A stretch of DNA of 63,300 nt, the filler included, from Acidimicrobiia bacterium (GTDB lineage: Bacteria > Actinomycetota > Acidimicrobiia > Spongiisociales > JAENVV01): assembly GCA_041577335.1 (NCBI GenBank). It is 4 parts of 3 records of this genome, joined end to end, with 100 filler letters (N's around TTAATTAATTAA, not from the genome) between each part and the next. Parts side by side here need not be neighbours in the genome. Positions count along the whole stretch, not along the records: positions 20,809 to 43,356 come from JBFGJH010000004.1; positions 43,457 to 63,300 come from JBFGJH010000004.1; 2 more parts are not named here. The stretch is one strand, 5' to 3'. The position numbers and the translations under genes are program-made. This document shows positions 41,244 through 51,219 of the stretch, one piece after another; position 1 is the first letter of the stretch; every line of letters begins with the position of its first letter. The notes under the pieces are model-generated. The model was not told the DNA's origin. It worked only from the letters and a program-made list of their open reading frames with translations, and made no database searches.

Positions 41244-43356
41244 ATGGATCAATACGCCAACTTCGACTTGGTGATTGATCGGGATGGCGACTCCTACGTC
41301 GCCCGCGTGATCGACTCTCCCGCCGGCGAAGCCAGCCATGAGTTCGACTTCCCGTTTTCTCGTCTTGAGCTAGAGAACTTCCTCCTCCGCGTCGGTCACG
41401 CTCGGCAAACGATGCGCCGCATCGACTCGCCGCAGACCGAAGCCGCCCGCCAGTTCGGCGGCAAACTGTATGACACCGTGTTCGGCGACGAGGTCAAGAC
41501 GTGTTTCCGACGAGCCCTCGATGAAGTAGATCGTCAAGATCCGCCTCAGGGCCTGCGAGTTCGCATCAGATTCGAGAACGCCCTCGATATGGCGGACCTC
41601 CCGTGGGAGTTCCTGTACTCGAAAAACCTCGACGAGTTCCTCGTGCATTCGACCCGCACTCCTCTGGTCCGCTACATCGATCTCGCAGATCGACCCCGTC
41701 CCCTCGAGGTTGAGCCACCGATCAGGATCCTCGTCATGGTTTCGAGCCCGAGCGATGTAATCGAGCTCAACGTCGAAGAAGAGTACGAACGCCTCGCCAA
41801 CGAGCTCGACGACCTCGTTCAAAAGGGAGCCGTCGTCATCGAGCGCCTCGACGAAGCCAACCTCTCGTCGCTTCAGAAAAAGCTCCGCCAGTACAAGCCG
41901 CATATCTTCCACTACATCGGCCATGGAGGCTACGACGAGGCTCGCGACGACGGTGTCCTGATGCTCGAGGACGAGCGGGGACGAGGACAATCGGTATCGG
42001 GTCACGAACTCGGCACCATCCTTCGGGACCACCGCAGTCTTCGTCTGGCCTTCCTCAACTCATGCGAGGGCGCTCGCAGCTCGACCACCGACCCATTTGC
42101 AGGTACGGCCCAGAGCTTGATACGCAAAGGGATTCCGGCGGTCGTGGCGATGCAGTTTGAGATCTCCGACGATGCCGCGATTGTCTTCGCTCACGAGTTC
42201 TACGCCGCCGTAGCTGACGGATACGCGGTAGACGCGGCAACCGCCGAGGCCAGGAAAGTGATGTTGGGAGCCTCAGGCGTCGAATGGGCCACGCCGGTCC
42301 TCACGATGCGGGCTCCCGATGGGATGATCTTCAAGATCACTGGCGAGGCCGTTCCACTGAAAGAACAACCTCCCCCCGCTCCGGTACCCACGATCGAGGA
42401 ACCCGAGCCAGGTGCTTCGGCGAGTGACGCGGTTGAGACCGCCGCCCAACCGGAGAATGGAACGCTGACCCGTGCAGAGGCCGAGACGGCTGAGCACCCT
42501 GGCCAAAGTGACACGGCCGAGAGAACCCCGACCGGAGTCGTCCCTGGTCCCACTTCGGCGCCAGTGGCTCCGCCGACGATTGAGACTCCGGAGGTGGCGG
42601 CCACCGCGGCTCCCCTGGTCTCGCCAGGTCCGGAGCAGTCATCTGCGCCGGCCACCCGAGCTTCCCAACCTCCCGCCCCAGAACCGTCGACCAAGAGGGG
42701 AGTCCCCACTGCCGTGTGGATAATCGCGGCTCTGCTCGGCGCAGTGGTCGTGCTGGCAATCGTGGGCTCACTCCTACCCGATGACCCACCTGGCGGCGAG
42801 GCCCAAGGGGGCGCTGATGTAGAAGTGCTCGATGAGACCTTGACCACCGATGCCGCCGCACAGACAACTCCTGTCACGCCCGAAGAGGTCTTCCGTCCCG
42901 GCGAGGACCTCATCGCCGACCAAATCTTCGTCCTCGACGGCGAAGGCATGCCGACTTGGGACTTCGAACCGTCCAGCATTGCCTTCACAGACTTCATCGT
43001 GCACGAGGATGGGTGGGACGGTGTCAGCGATCTCGAGACCGACTGGATCTTCGGTTGGGATGAGAACTTCCTGTACGCCCAGGCCTTCGTCACCGATGAC
43101 GTCTATTCCCAGGACGCGGTGGGCAACCAGATCTACCGCGGCGATAGCCTCAACCTCGACATCGACACGGACCTCGATGGTGACCTTGCCGCGGTGGCGC
43201 CGGACGCTGATGACTTCCAGCTGCTCGTCACTGCTGCAAACGCCAATGGACTCCCCGAGGCGTGGCTGTTCGAGGGCAACGGATCGATATTCGTCGACGC
43301 GCCCCGTCAAGGCGGAACGTTCGTGCGTGTCTTCCTTGAATCCGACGTCGCACCGC
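41244..43356 (+). CDS. CHAT (caspase-like) protease with Pro-rich linker, TM helix and CBM9-like domain (3' partial)
   Basis: LPWEFL, FHYIGHG, LNSCEG and VVAMQFEISD motifs; TM AVWIIAALLGAVVVLAIVG; WDENFLY..VTDD..GDSL. Confidence 0.85.
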
Positions 43357-43456
43357 NNNNNNNNNNNNNNNNNNNNNNNNNNNNNNNNNNNNNNNNNNNN
43401 TTAATTAATTAANNNNNNNNNNNNNNNNNNNNNNNNNNNNNNNNNNNNNNNNNNNN
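43357..43456. other. Artificial contig-joining spacer
   Basis: N runs with TTAATTAATTAA. Confidence 0.98.
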
Positions 43457-43758
43457 ACCCACCTGCGATCTATATCACCGAGAACGGCGCCAGCTTCAGT
43501 GACAGCCCGAACCAAAGCGGCGTCGTGGATGATCGACGCCGCATCGACTACCTCGACGCTCACTTTCGGACGGCAGCGAAAGCCATCGACCGAGACGTGA
43601 AGCTCAGAGGCTATTTCGTGTGGAGTCTCATGGACAACCTCGAATGGGCATCCGGTTTCAGCCAGCGGTTCGGGCTGGTTTGGGTAGACCATGCCACCGG
43701 CGAGCGCGTTCCCAAGCGGTCGTTCGACTGGTACCGCGAGTTCCTTCGCAATAGGTGA
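43457..43758 (+). CDS. Glycoside hydrolase family 1 beta-glucosidase (5' partial)
   Basis: IYITENG and GYFVWSLMDNLEWASGFSQRFG motifs. Confidence 0.93.
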
Positions 43759-43804
43759 GCATTGGCAAGCTCGTATCGGCGAGCCCGCTCGTCGCCGACT
43801 GCGC

Positions 43805-44833
43805 TCAACCGGGAAAGAGGGTGAGGTCGTCGCGCGCCGCTTCCAACGGGACGTAGGCAGGGACCTCATGGTGCGGCGTATCGAGATACACCTTGGCCTC
43901 AGGGGCTTGCGCGAACTTTCCATGGCTCCATCGGACCTCCACATGACCCGCCACCGTCTGGAGTGTGCCTGAATCGTGATCGCGGAACTCTGCTCCGAAG
44001 GCAACGATCGGCTGGCCTCGATCAGCGACCGCCCACTGTCGAAAGGAGACGAAACGATGGGAAGCCCGAAGATCCCAGGGCGTTTTGACGCGGTAGGCCA
44101 GCGGCTCGCCGGCGACCGAACGTCCGAGCACGAAGTAGGGAGCTGACTGCAGTCGCAGCAATCGCCACACCATCTCCTCTTGCGCCCTCTTCGAGGGCAC
44201 GGCCGCCTGCCACCGCGCCGACGACACCCGGGCAACCTCGGCGGTGAAAGCTCGATAGGCACCACGAGCGTCTCCTTGCAGGCGACGAGGCAGTTGGCGC
44301 TTGAGAGCTACCCGATCGGGGCGGGTGAGGTCGGCAACCTTGGCGGGAAGGGCAACTCCCGAGACCAAAGGGCGGCAGAGCTCGTAGAGGTCTTGGTAGG
44401 CGGCACCTGCCGTCTCCTCGAACCAATCCTGATCCGGTGCGGCGGACCCGTCGAACAGATTTCCGGGCGACGAGTTCATCAGGATGTTCGAGCCGTACTT
44501 GCACGAGATCAGGAATACGTGATCGACGCGCAGGTCTGCCGGGATCTGTTCGTAACCAGGGGGGCGGTGAGCGCCCTTCCATTCGACTACCCACGGGGGA
44601 CGACCCCGCAACCCCTCCACGGATCGAGCAAACCGCACTCCGTTGACCCATGCGGTGTGGAACTCGGTTGAGTGACTACCGACCCGGTACGCGCCAAGCA
44701 GCCGGTCGTACACCTCCTCATCGACGTTCTGGAAGGCGGTCGGACGGATGCTGAGCGCATGGACGAGGTCGGAGAAGCCGAACATCCCCAAGCCGGTGAT
44801 GATCTCGGTGATCTCGGTGCGAAGCGCGGGCAC
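43805..44833 (-). CDS. Hypothetical protein, putative PD-(D/E)XK-type nuclease
   Basis: PADL...ISCKY motif; third gene of the MTase operon. Confidence 0.55.
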   Translation of the reverse strand: MPALRTEITEIITGLGMFGFSDLVHALSIRPTAFQNVDEEVYDRLLGAYRVGSHSTEFHTAWVNGVRFARSVEGLRGRPPWVVEWKGAHRPPGYEQIPADLRVDHVFLISCKYGSNILMNSSPGNLFDGSAAPDQDWFEETAGAAYQDLYELCRPLVSGVALPAKVADLTRPDRVALKRQLPRRLQGDARGAYRAFTAEVARVSSARWQAAVPSKRAQEEMVWRLLRLQSAPYFVLGRSVAGEPLAYRVKTPWDLRASHRFVSFRQWAVADRGQPIVAFGAEFRDHDSGTLQTVAGHVEVRWSHGKFAQAPEAKVYLDTPHHEVPAYVPLEAARDDLTLFPG

Positions 44834-44836
44834 GGC

Positions 44837-45157
44837 TCAAGCGTCGCGGAACAAGCGCCGGAACTGGATCTGCGCACCGATGAGCTCGGATGGCAACTCT
44901 TCTGCCCCGTACACCGGCAGGAAGGTGTACACATCAACGGCAACCTCGGACAACTTCATCCAACCGAGAACTGCGTCACTCCAACGTTCTTCCAGCAGTG
45001 CCGTCCTGAGCGCATGCGCCTCATCCGACGAAAGCAGGGCCGGATCGCTGTCCGCCACGAGCTCGAGGGCCAGCACTCGTTGCAGCACGTCCACGTCCTC
45101 GGCCAGGTAGACCTCGGGCGGATCGTTCCGGACCACCGCATAGGCAACGCCGTTCAT
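44837..45157 (-). CDS. Small acidic hypothetical protein
   Basis: 106 aa; start overlaps the MTase stop codon. Confidence 0.7.
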   Translation of the reverse strand: MNGVAYAVVRNDPPEVYLAEDVDVLQRVLALELVADSDPALLSSDEAHALRTALLEERWSDAVLGWMKLSEVAVDVYTFLPVYGAEELPSELIGAQIQFRRLFRDA

Positions 45158-46737
45158 TCGGCGGTCGGTCCGTCTGGATCGCGCCAGTAGCGGGCGAGCT
45201 GCTCATCACGTCGATTCTCGAGCTCGTCCTCGGTCCAGTACCCGGCTAGTTGGTCTTCCTCACCGGCCGCATATTGCCGCAGGCGCCGCACCCCATTCGA
45301 GTCGAACATCTCGACGGCATCCCACACGTTGCCGGGGCCGACCGCGCGGAGCGCCTTGTCGCCGTCGCTACCCGGTCGCGGCAAGTTCGAGGTGACGATC
45401 AGCAGCCGAGCGTCAGGGCTGAGCGATTTGAGAACATGGGCACGGCCGAGCGTCTTCCACAATGTGTCGGTGCGCAGCAGGCCCGGCCGGACAGTGGTGA
45501 AGGCGCCCGACACGTCGACGAGGAACTCACGTCCCGTCTGGTCCACGACGCGCAGGTTGAACTGAACACCAGATTTCGGCACTTTGTGCGCCTCTTCGAG
45601 AACCTCGAAGCCTGCCTCTTCGAGTACCGCTTTGGCGAGGTCTTGAGCTTTCTTGCCCTCCATCGTCGCCCGCCGTTGAAAATGCTCGGTGCGCTCATCG
45701 GGCGTCGAGTTCGGAGGGAGCTCGATGGGAAGCCGCTCTTGATGAGTCTCTTCGGGTAGGCGAGGCCGGAACCGTTCCTTCTCCGACTCGTATCGGGCTT
45801 TGGCGATCTCCACGTAACTGCTGTCGAGGTCGTAGCCGACACTGCGGCGGCCGGACCGCACAGCCGCTACGAGGGTGGTACCCGACCCGAGGAAAGGATC
45901 AAGAACGAGATCGTGCTCAAATGTGTAGAGCTCGATGAGCCGGCGAGGCAGCTCCACCGGGAACGGCGCCGGATGTTGCACGCGCCGGGCGCTCTCGGCC
46001 GGGATCCGCCACACGTCGAGGGTGGCCTCCATGAATTCGTCCACCGGCATGGTGTTCTCGAACGGATAGCCATTACGCTGTCGATGCTGGCGACTGCGGG
46101 CGCGGTCGAAGCGGCCCTTGGAAGCAACGATGACGCGCTCGGTGATGTCGCGAAGAACCGGGTTGGTTGCCTTGTTGAACGACCCCCAGGCAACCGAGCC
46201 GGAAGCTCCTTCGGCTTTCTGCCAGATGATCTCGCCGCGCAGCAGGAGACCGAGGTCGTCTTGAAGGATGCGGATGACATCGGCGGACAAGCTGCGATAC
46301 GGCTTGCGACCCAGGTTGGCGACGTTGACAGCGATCCGCCCACCCGGTTCGAGGGTTCGTTTGCACTCCGCAAACACATCACGCAACATCTCGAGGTACT
46401 CCACGTACGAAGCGGGAACGCCGGGCCGGGCCTTGTCGCTGGTTCCCGTAACGGCCTGCTCGTATTCCTTCCCGACGAAGTACGGGGGCGACGTCACGAC
46501 GAGGGCAACCGAGGCATCGGGAATCGCCGACATGTCGCGAGCGTCCCCGAGGATGCATGGAGGGTCGGGCAGATCGAACGGGCCTGCCGCGAGCTGATCA
46601 TCGTCGGACAGTTCGGGCGGGCTGAACCTAGCGTAGAACGCGGAGGCATCGTGGTTCTCGCGCCGGCCCACCCCAAACGCCGACGTCTCGGTTCCTCGCG
46701 CCTCGCTCGTTTCGTCAATGGATCCTGCGTCGCTCAT
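45154..46737 (-). CDS. Beta-class amino-DNA methyltransferase (probably N4-C) with C-terminal nuclease-like domain
   Basis: VTSPPY precedes HPAPFP and VLDPFLGSGTT; long C-terminal extension. Confidence 0.9.
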   Translation of the reverse strand: MSDAGSIDETSEARGTETSAFGVGRRENHDASAFYARFSPPELSDDDQLAAGPFDLPDPPCILGDARDMSAIPDASVALVVTSPPYFVGKEYEQAVTGTSDKARPGVPASYVEYLEMLRDVFAECKRTLEPGGRIAVNVANLGRKPYRSLSADVIRILQDDLGLLLRGEIIWQKAEGASGSVAWGSFNKATNPVLRDITERVIVASKGRFDRARSRQHRQRNGYPFENTMPVDEFMEATLDVWRIPAESARRVQHPAPFPVELPRRLIELYTFEHDLVLDPFLGSGTTLVAAVRSGRRSVGYDLDSSYVEIAKARYESEKERFRPRLPEETHQERLPIELPPNSTPDERTEHFQRRATMEGKKAQDLAKAVLEEAGFEVLEEAHKVPKSGVQFNLRVVDQTGREFLVDVSGAFTTVRPGLLRTDTLWKTLGRAHVLKSLSPDARLLIVTSNLPRPGSDGDKALRAVGPGNVWDAVEMFDSNGVRRLRQYAAGEEDQLAGYWTEDELENRRDEQLARYWRDPDGPTAE

Positions 46738-46876
46738 CGCTAGGAGACGTTACCGTCCGGCAGCGACAGATTCCGTCCCAACAGGCTCGATCCCCAAGGA
46801 CTAGTCATTCAGGGGAAACCTAGATTGGCCACCTGGTTTGTGTTGAGCCTGCCACGCTGAGTGGTACGGTTGCCTC

Positions 46877-47032
46877 GAACGTGCCTTCGGGAAGCCTGAC
46901 AAGGGGGGCACTTTGGGGGGTCTGGCTGCGACTATATGGGAATGGTCGCCGCTGGGCATGACGGATAACAGCCAGGGAAACTGAAGCCCGTCAGGTAGAT
47001 GAAGGGTGCGGCTCAGGCCGCACCCTTCTCTT
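46877..47032 (+). ncRNA. Candidate structured small RNA
   Basis: No credible ORF; promoter-like TTGAGC-N16-TACGGT upstream; nested helices; terminator-like hairpin. Confidence 0.45.
47001..47032 (+). terminator. Intrinsic terminator-like hairpin
   Basis: Perfect 12-bp stem GAAGGGTGCGGC-TCAG-GCCGCACCCTTC followed by TCTT. Confidence 0.7.
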
Positions 47033-47100
47033 GGCTCTCTCGACGAGTTCCCTCCGCTGTCTACGGAACTCGCGGGGCCTGCGCCCACGAGCGGGCGAGG

Positions 47101-48240
47101 TCAGGACCTGCCGACAACCTCGTCCATCCGTTCGAAAGCCTGACGCAATATCTCCGGTGAGGTGGCAAAGTTGAGGCGGGCGAAACCCCGGTCGGGACCG
47201 AAATCCAAGCCGGGGCTCAGCGCAACTCTCGCATCGCGGAGCAGAAGATCGTATGGCTCTTCTTCCCATCCCAGATCGCGAAAGTCCAGCCACGCAAGAT
47301 AGGTCGCCTCGGGAACTGCATGACCAATGCCGTTTCTACGAGCCCATTCATCAACGCCCGCCCGGTTGGCGGCCAACACCTCTTTGGTCTCGTGCAGCCA
47401 AGGCGTACCGCTTTGCCATGCCACCGCCGAAGCGCGAACGTTGACGGCGCGCGGATGGCCGACGAGCGACGAAGGCAACGCTGCGAACCGCTTGGCCAAC
47501 TCGGCAGAGCCGAAAAACACGACGCCGCAGCCGATCCCGGCGATATTGAAAGACTTGGATGCCGCCATGATCGTGAGCGTGCGAGGCTGTGCCTCGGGGA
47601 GCACAGCGGTAGGCAGGTGGGCAAAGCCGTCGTACACGAGATCGGCATGGATCTCATCGGAGATGATGATGAGGTCGTGGCGAGCGGCGATCGCGGCGAT
47701 CCCTTCGAGCTCCACGGGTGTGAATGCTCGACCAGACGGGTTGTGCGGGCTGGACAGAAGAACCGCCCTCGCGTCTTTGGCGATGGTCGCAACATGCTCG
47801 AGGTCGACCGCCCATTCGCCCGTCAGCGGACAAGGCAGAAACCGCCGACCGGCGGTCTTGATAGCCAACGGAAACGGCGGATAGATCGGAGTAAGGACAA
47901 TGATGCCGTCACCTGGCTCGGTGAAGACGGAAATCGCAGCTGCCACGGCCTGCATCACATCGGACGTGATTGCCGCATGGCTGGGATCGGGGGCATAGCC
48001 GTGCTGGTCTGCAAACCATCGAGCGGCGGCTTCAATGGTCGCGGCGCCTTCTCGAAGATGGGTATAGCCAAGGTCGCCGACATCGAGGAACTGCCGCAGG
48101 GTCTCCAGGATCGGTTCGGCCACCGGGAAGTCCATGTCGGCAACCCACAAGGGGATCACGTCTTTGGGATAGCGTGTCCATTTCACCCCGGTCCGTTTCC
48201 GAGCCTCATCGAGCGAGAAGTGATACCGCGCCTGCGCCAT
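47101..48240 (-). CDS. MalY/PatB family PLP enzyme (cystathionine beta-lyase-like)
   Basis: PLWVADMDF, PHNPSG, SDEIHAD, ASKSFNIAG and ARLNFAT motifs. Confidence 0.92.
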   Translation of the reverse strand: MAQARYHFSLDEARKRTGVKWTRYPKDVIPLWVADMDFPVAEPILETLRQFLDVGDLGYTHLREGAATIEAAARWFADQHGYAPDPSHAAITSDVMQAVAAAISVFTEPGDGIIVLTPIYPPFPLAIKTAGRRFLPCPLTGEWAVDLEHVATIAKDARAVLLSSPHNPSGRAFTPVELEGIAAIAARHDLIIISDEIHADLVYDGFAHLPTAVLPEAQPRTLTIMAASKSFNIAGIGCGVVFFGSAELAKRFAALPSSLVGHPRAVNVRASAVAWQSGTPWLHETKEVLAANRAGVDEWARRNGIGHAVPEATYLAWLDFRDLGWEEEPYDLLLRDARVALSPGLDFGPDRGFARLNFATSPEILRQAFERMDEVVGRS

Positions 48241-48306
48241 GGCCAGCGAGTGTAGGACGCTCCCCGAAGTGCAGCGCTCTCGGTGAAGCCGACCTAGGGT
48301 CAGCAT

Positions 48307-48975
48307 GTGTGCTTCTCACCCGAAGTCGACTTGGTCGCCGGTATCACCATCGCCGCGATCGGCGTCGACACCGTTCGCCAGGTTGAACTTCCCCGCCAGC
48401 GAGCCATCGCCGCCCTGCCGCTGATCTTCGGGATCCACCAGATCTCGGAATCGTTCGTGTGGTGGGGGTTGGACGGCAGGATTGCCACGCCGATAGGGAG
48501 CCTCTTCACAGGGGTGTATCTCGCCCTGGCATTTGGCCTTCTCCCGTGGTTCGTTCCCTGGGCGACCCGCCGTCTCGAGCTCGACCCCACGCGCCGAGCG
48601 GCCATGGCGGCGCTCGTTGTTGTTGGCGCGTCCGTGAGCGCCATCCTCACATGGGCCGTGGTCGCAGCACCCGTCGCGGTGGTGGACGGGGGGCACTACC
48701 TCAGCTACCGACCACAACTCACCATGGGTGGCTACCTGGCGGCTGCGTACGTCGTGACGACCTGTGGTGCTCTTCTCCTGTCGTCCGACCGCTACCTGGT
48801 GTTGTTCGGCGCCGTGAACCTCTTGGCGGTGAGTGTGCTCGCCCTCTTTCTGATGTCGGGCGTCATCTCCCTCTGGTGCGCCTGGGCGGCCGTTACGAGC
48901 GCCTCGATCCTCTGGTATCTCCGAAGAACCAACCAACTTCGCGCCCGCCTCGAGCCGATTGGCACCGTCACCTAA
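48307..48975 (+). CDS. Membrane protein (DUF6629-like)
   Basis: MCFS start, LPLIFGIHQISE..VW and SLWC..AA motifs. Confidence 0.75.
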   Translation: MCFSPEVDLVAGITIAAIGVDTVRQVELPRQRAIAALPLIFGIHQISESFVWWGLDGRIATPIGSLFTGVYLALAFGLLPWFVPWATRRLELDPTRRAAMAALVVVGASVSAILTWAVVAAPVAVVDGGHYLSYRPQLTMGGYLAAAYVVTTCGALLLSSDRYLVLFGAVNLLAVSVLALFLMSGVISLWCAWAAVTSASILWYLRRTNQLRARLEPIGTVT

Positions 48976-49028
48976 GCGCTGGCCGGCGGCGGTCGTCGGT
49001 TGGCAGGACGACGCTCCCGTGGCGAGGC

Positions 49029-49547
49029 TCAACCCTGTGGATCGACTCGCGCGGGAGACTTCTGGAAGGCGCCCACCAACTTCCGAGCCCAGGTGTAGTG
49101 GCTCGAGGTCGCCGAGACGGCGTAGCTGCCGACCGAGGTGGTCCCCGTCCAGCGATATCGTTGCTTCTCGAACAAGGCGTCGGCTTCATAGGATTCGATG
49201 ACGGCTCGCACTCGTTGATAGGAACTGTGTAGGTGTTCGAGCGTCATCTCCCAGGAGTCCGATTTGGTCCTGAGCCAGATGGCTTCGTTGAGAGCAGGAG
49301 TTTCTGACCAGCGATACCCGACGGCAGGCATCACCGGCATTTCGCCGGCAGAGCCGATCTCTTCCCAACCCAAGAACATCTCATGCCAGGCGTCGAGGTG
49401 GGCCAGCAGATCCTTGATGGACCATTCGCCGCAGGCACCAGGCTCAGAACGCGACTCCGGCGGGATGAGATCAACCGTGGCGAGAAGCCGGTCAAATTCG
49501 TCATTCATTTGCTCGAGCAATCCCGATTGGGTGTTGGGTCGGGTCAT
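49029..49547 (-). CDS. ClbS/DfsB (DUF1706) four-helix bundle protein
   Basis: IKDLLAHL.AW, PAVGYRW, WTGTTS and TSSHY.WA motifs. Confidence 0.85.
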   Translation of the reverse strand: MTRPNTQSGLLEQMNDEFDRLLATVDLIPPESRSEPGACGEWSIKDLLAHLDAWHEMFLGWEEIGSAGEMPVMPAVGYRWSETPALNEAIWLRTKSDSWEMTLEHLHSSYQRVRAVIESYEADALFEKQRYRWTGTTSVGSYAVSATSSHYTWARKLVGAFQKSPARVDPQG

Positions 49548-49681
49548 AGGGCAGAGACTGCACCCGTTCGTGTATCAGCTCAAGGGGACTTGGTCACTGA
49601 TCCCCGGGTCGTGTGGGCGCCGGCCAGCAAGAGCTCGAAGTAGTTGCACGATGCACCAATGGCGCACACTGAGCCATAGGT

Positions 49682-51115
49682 TCAACGTTTGATGGCGATG
49701 TTCTTCCAGGTGTAATAGCCGTCGAGGCCGGCCTGTCCCTTCTCGCGGCCAAAGCCCGAGTTCTTGAATCCCCCGAATGGGGCTTCGATGGCGGGCAGAA
49801 ACCACTCGTTGACGAAGACCTGGCCTGCTTCGAGCCGCTCGGCCAGATGCATGACCCGTTCCAAGTCGTTGCCAAAAACCCCCGCTACCAGTCCGAAGTC
49901 GGAGTCGTTGGCGATGGTGAGCGCTTCACCGGTTTCTGAGTAGGGGATGACGGAGAGCACCGGGCCGAATATCTCTTCACGAGCAATCGTCATGTCGTTG
50001 GACACGCCAACCATCACCGTCGGCTCATAGAAGTACCCGCCATTCGATTCGATGCGGCTGCCGCCCGTCGCCACGGTGGCGCCGTCCTCGCGACCCTTCC
50101 GGACATATTGATCGACGCGGCCGATCTGCTGTTTCGAAATGATCGCTCCCACGTCGGGGTTGCCGATCCCGGGGCCAACTTCGAGCGACTGCGCCATCGC
50201 AACGACCCGGTCGACGATCTCGTCGTGCATCGCCTCAGGAACGAGGAGGCGCGACAACGCTGAGCACACCTGACCAGCGTTGGAAAAGATCCCCCACCGA
50301 GTCTGCTCCACGACGACGTCGAGATCGGCGTCCGCCAGGACGATCCCAGCCGACTTGCCGCCGAGTTCGACGATCGCCGGGATGATCGAATCGGCCGCCG
50401 AGTGCAGGATCTTCCGGCCCGTGTCCACCGACCCGGTGAAGGTGATTTGATCGATGTCGCGGTGGCGGGCGAGAGCCTCGCCGGCGTCGTGCCCGAAGCC
50501 GCAGACGATGTTGACGGCACCCTTGGGGAGGCCAACCTCTTCGGCTGCTCGAGCAAGATAGGTGACGGTGAGCGGATCGAGCTCAGGCGATTTCACTACG
50601 ACTGCGTTTCCCGCAGCCAGGGCGGGGCCGACACCGCGAGCAGTCAGCTCGAAGGGGTAGTTCCACGGCACGATGTGCGCTGACACACCAAATGGGATTG
50701 GCATGGCGTAGTCGGTGTAGCCGTCACCGAGCGGGATATATCGGCCTTCGAGTTTGTCGGCGAGGCCGCCGTAGTACTCGAGGAAGCGGCTTGCACCCGC
50801 CACCTCCCACTCCGACTCCTGAAGCGTCTTCCCGGAGTCGAGGGTGAGGAGGTTGGAGATCTCGTCGGAATTGTCATGGATCCAGCGTGCCATGTCTCCC
50901 AGGAGCCGCCCCCGGTCAGCCGGTCGCATTTGCAGCAACGAGCGGCTCTCGACAGCTTCTCGTGCCGCCACGACGGCCCGTTCGATGTCGAGTGTTGTGC
51001 CGCGCGCGACTTCCGCGATCGGTTCGCCGGTTGCGGGATCGTCGACCTCTATGCGCTGCTCGCCCGACCCGTCGACCCATTCGCCGCCGATGAAGTTCTG
51101 GTAATAGTCGGTCAT
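49682..51115 (-). CDS. Aldehyde dehydrogenase
   Basis: PWNYP, FTGS, ELGGKS, NAGQVCS, EEIFGP and PFGG motifs. Confidence 0.95.
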   Translation of the reverse strand: MTDYYQNFIGGEWVDGSGEQRIEVDDPATGEPIAEVARGTTLDIERAVVAAREAVESRSLLQMRPADRGRLLGDMARWIHDNSDEISNLLTLDSGKTLQESEWEVAGASRFLEYYGGLADKLEGRYIPLGDGYTDYAMPIPFGVSAHIVPWNYPFELTARGVGPALAAGNAVVVKSPELDPLTVTYLARAAEEVGLPKGAVNIVCGFGHDAGEALARHRDIDQITFTGSVDTGRKILHSAADSIIPAIVELGGKSAGIVLADADLDVVVEQTRWGIFSNAGQVCSALSRLLVPEAMHDEIVDRVVAMAQSLEVGPGIGNPDVGAIISKQQIGRVDQYVRKGREDGATVATGGSRIESNGGYFYEPTVMVGVSNDMTIAREEIFGPVLSVIPYSETGEALTIANDSDFGLVAGVFGNDLERVMHLAERLEAGQVFVNEWFLPAIEAPFGGFKNSGFGREKGQAGLDGYYTWKNIAIKR

Positions 51116-51219
51116 GTCGCAGGCAGGGTACCTTGGGGCCCCTGCTTCCCGGGCCTTGGAACAGGAGTGGCTCACAGCCGGATTGGAAAGTGGCGGACAT
51201 CTGTTTGGGCTCGCCAGGC

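Noticed and set aside
46877..47000. c-di-AMP or c-di-GMP-II riboswitch, or SRP RNA
   Set aside because: Only short resemblances (CCCGTCAG, GGGCACTT). Other conserved elements are missing and there is no co-oriented downstream gene.
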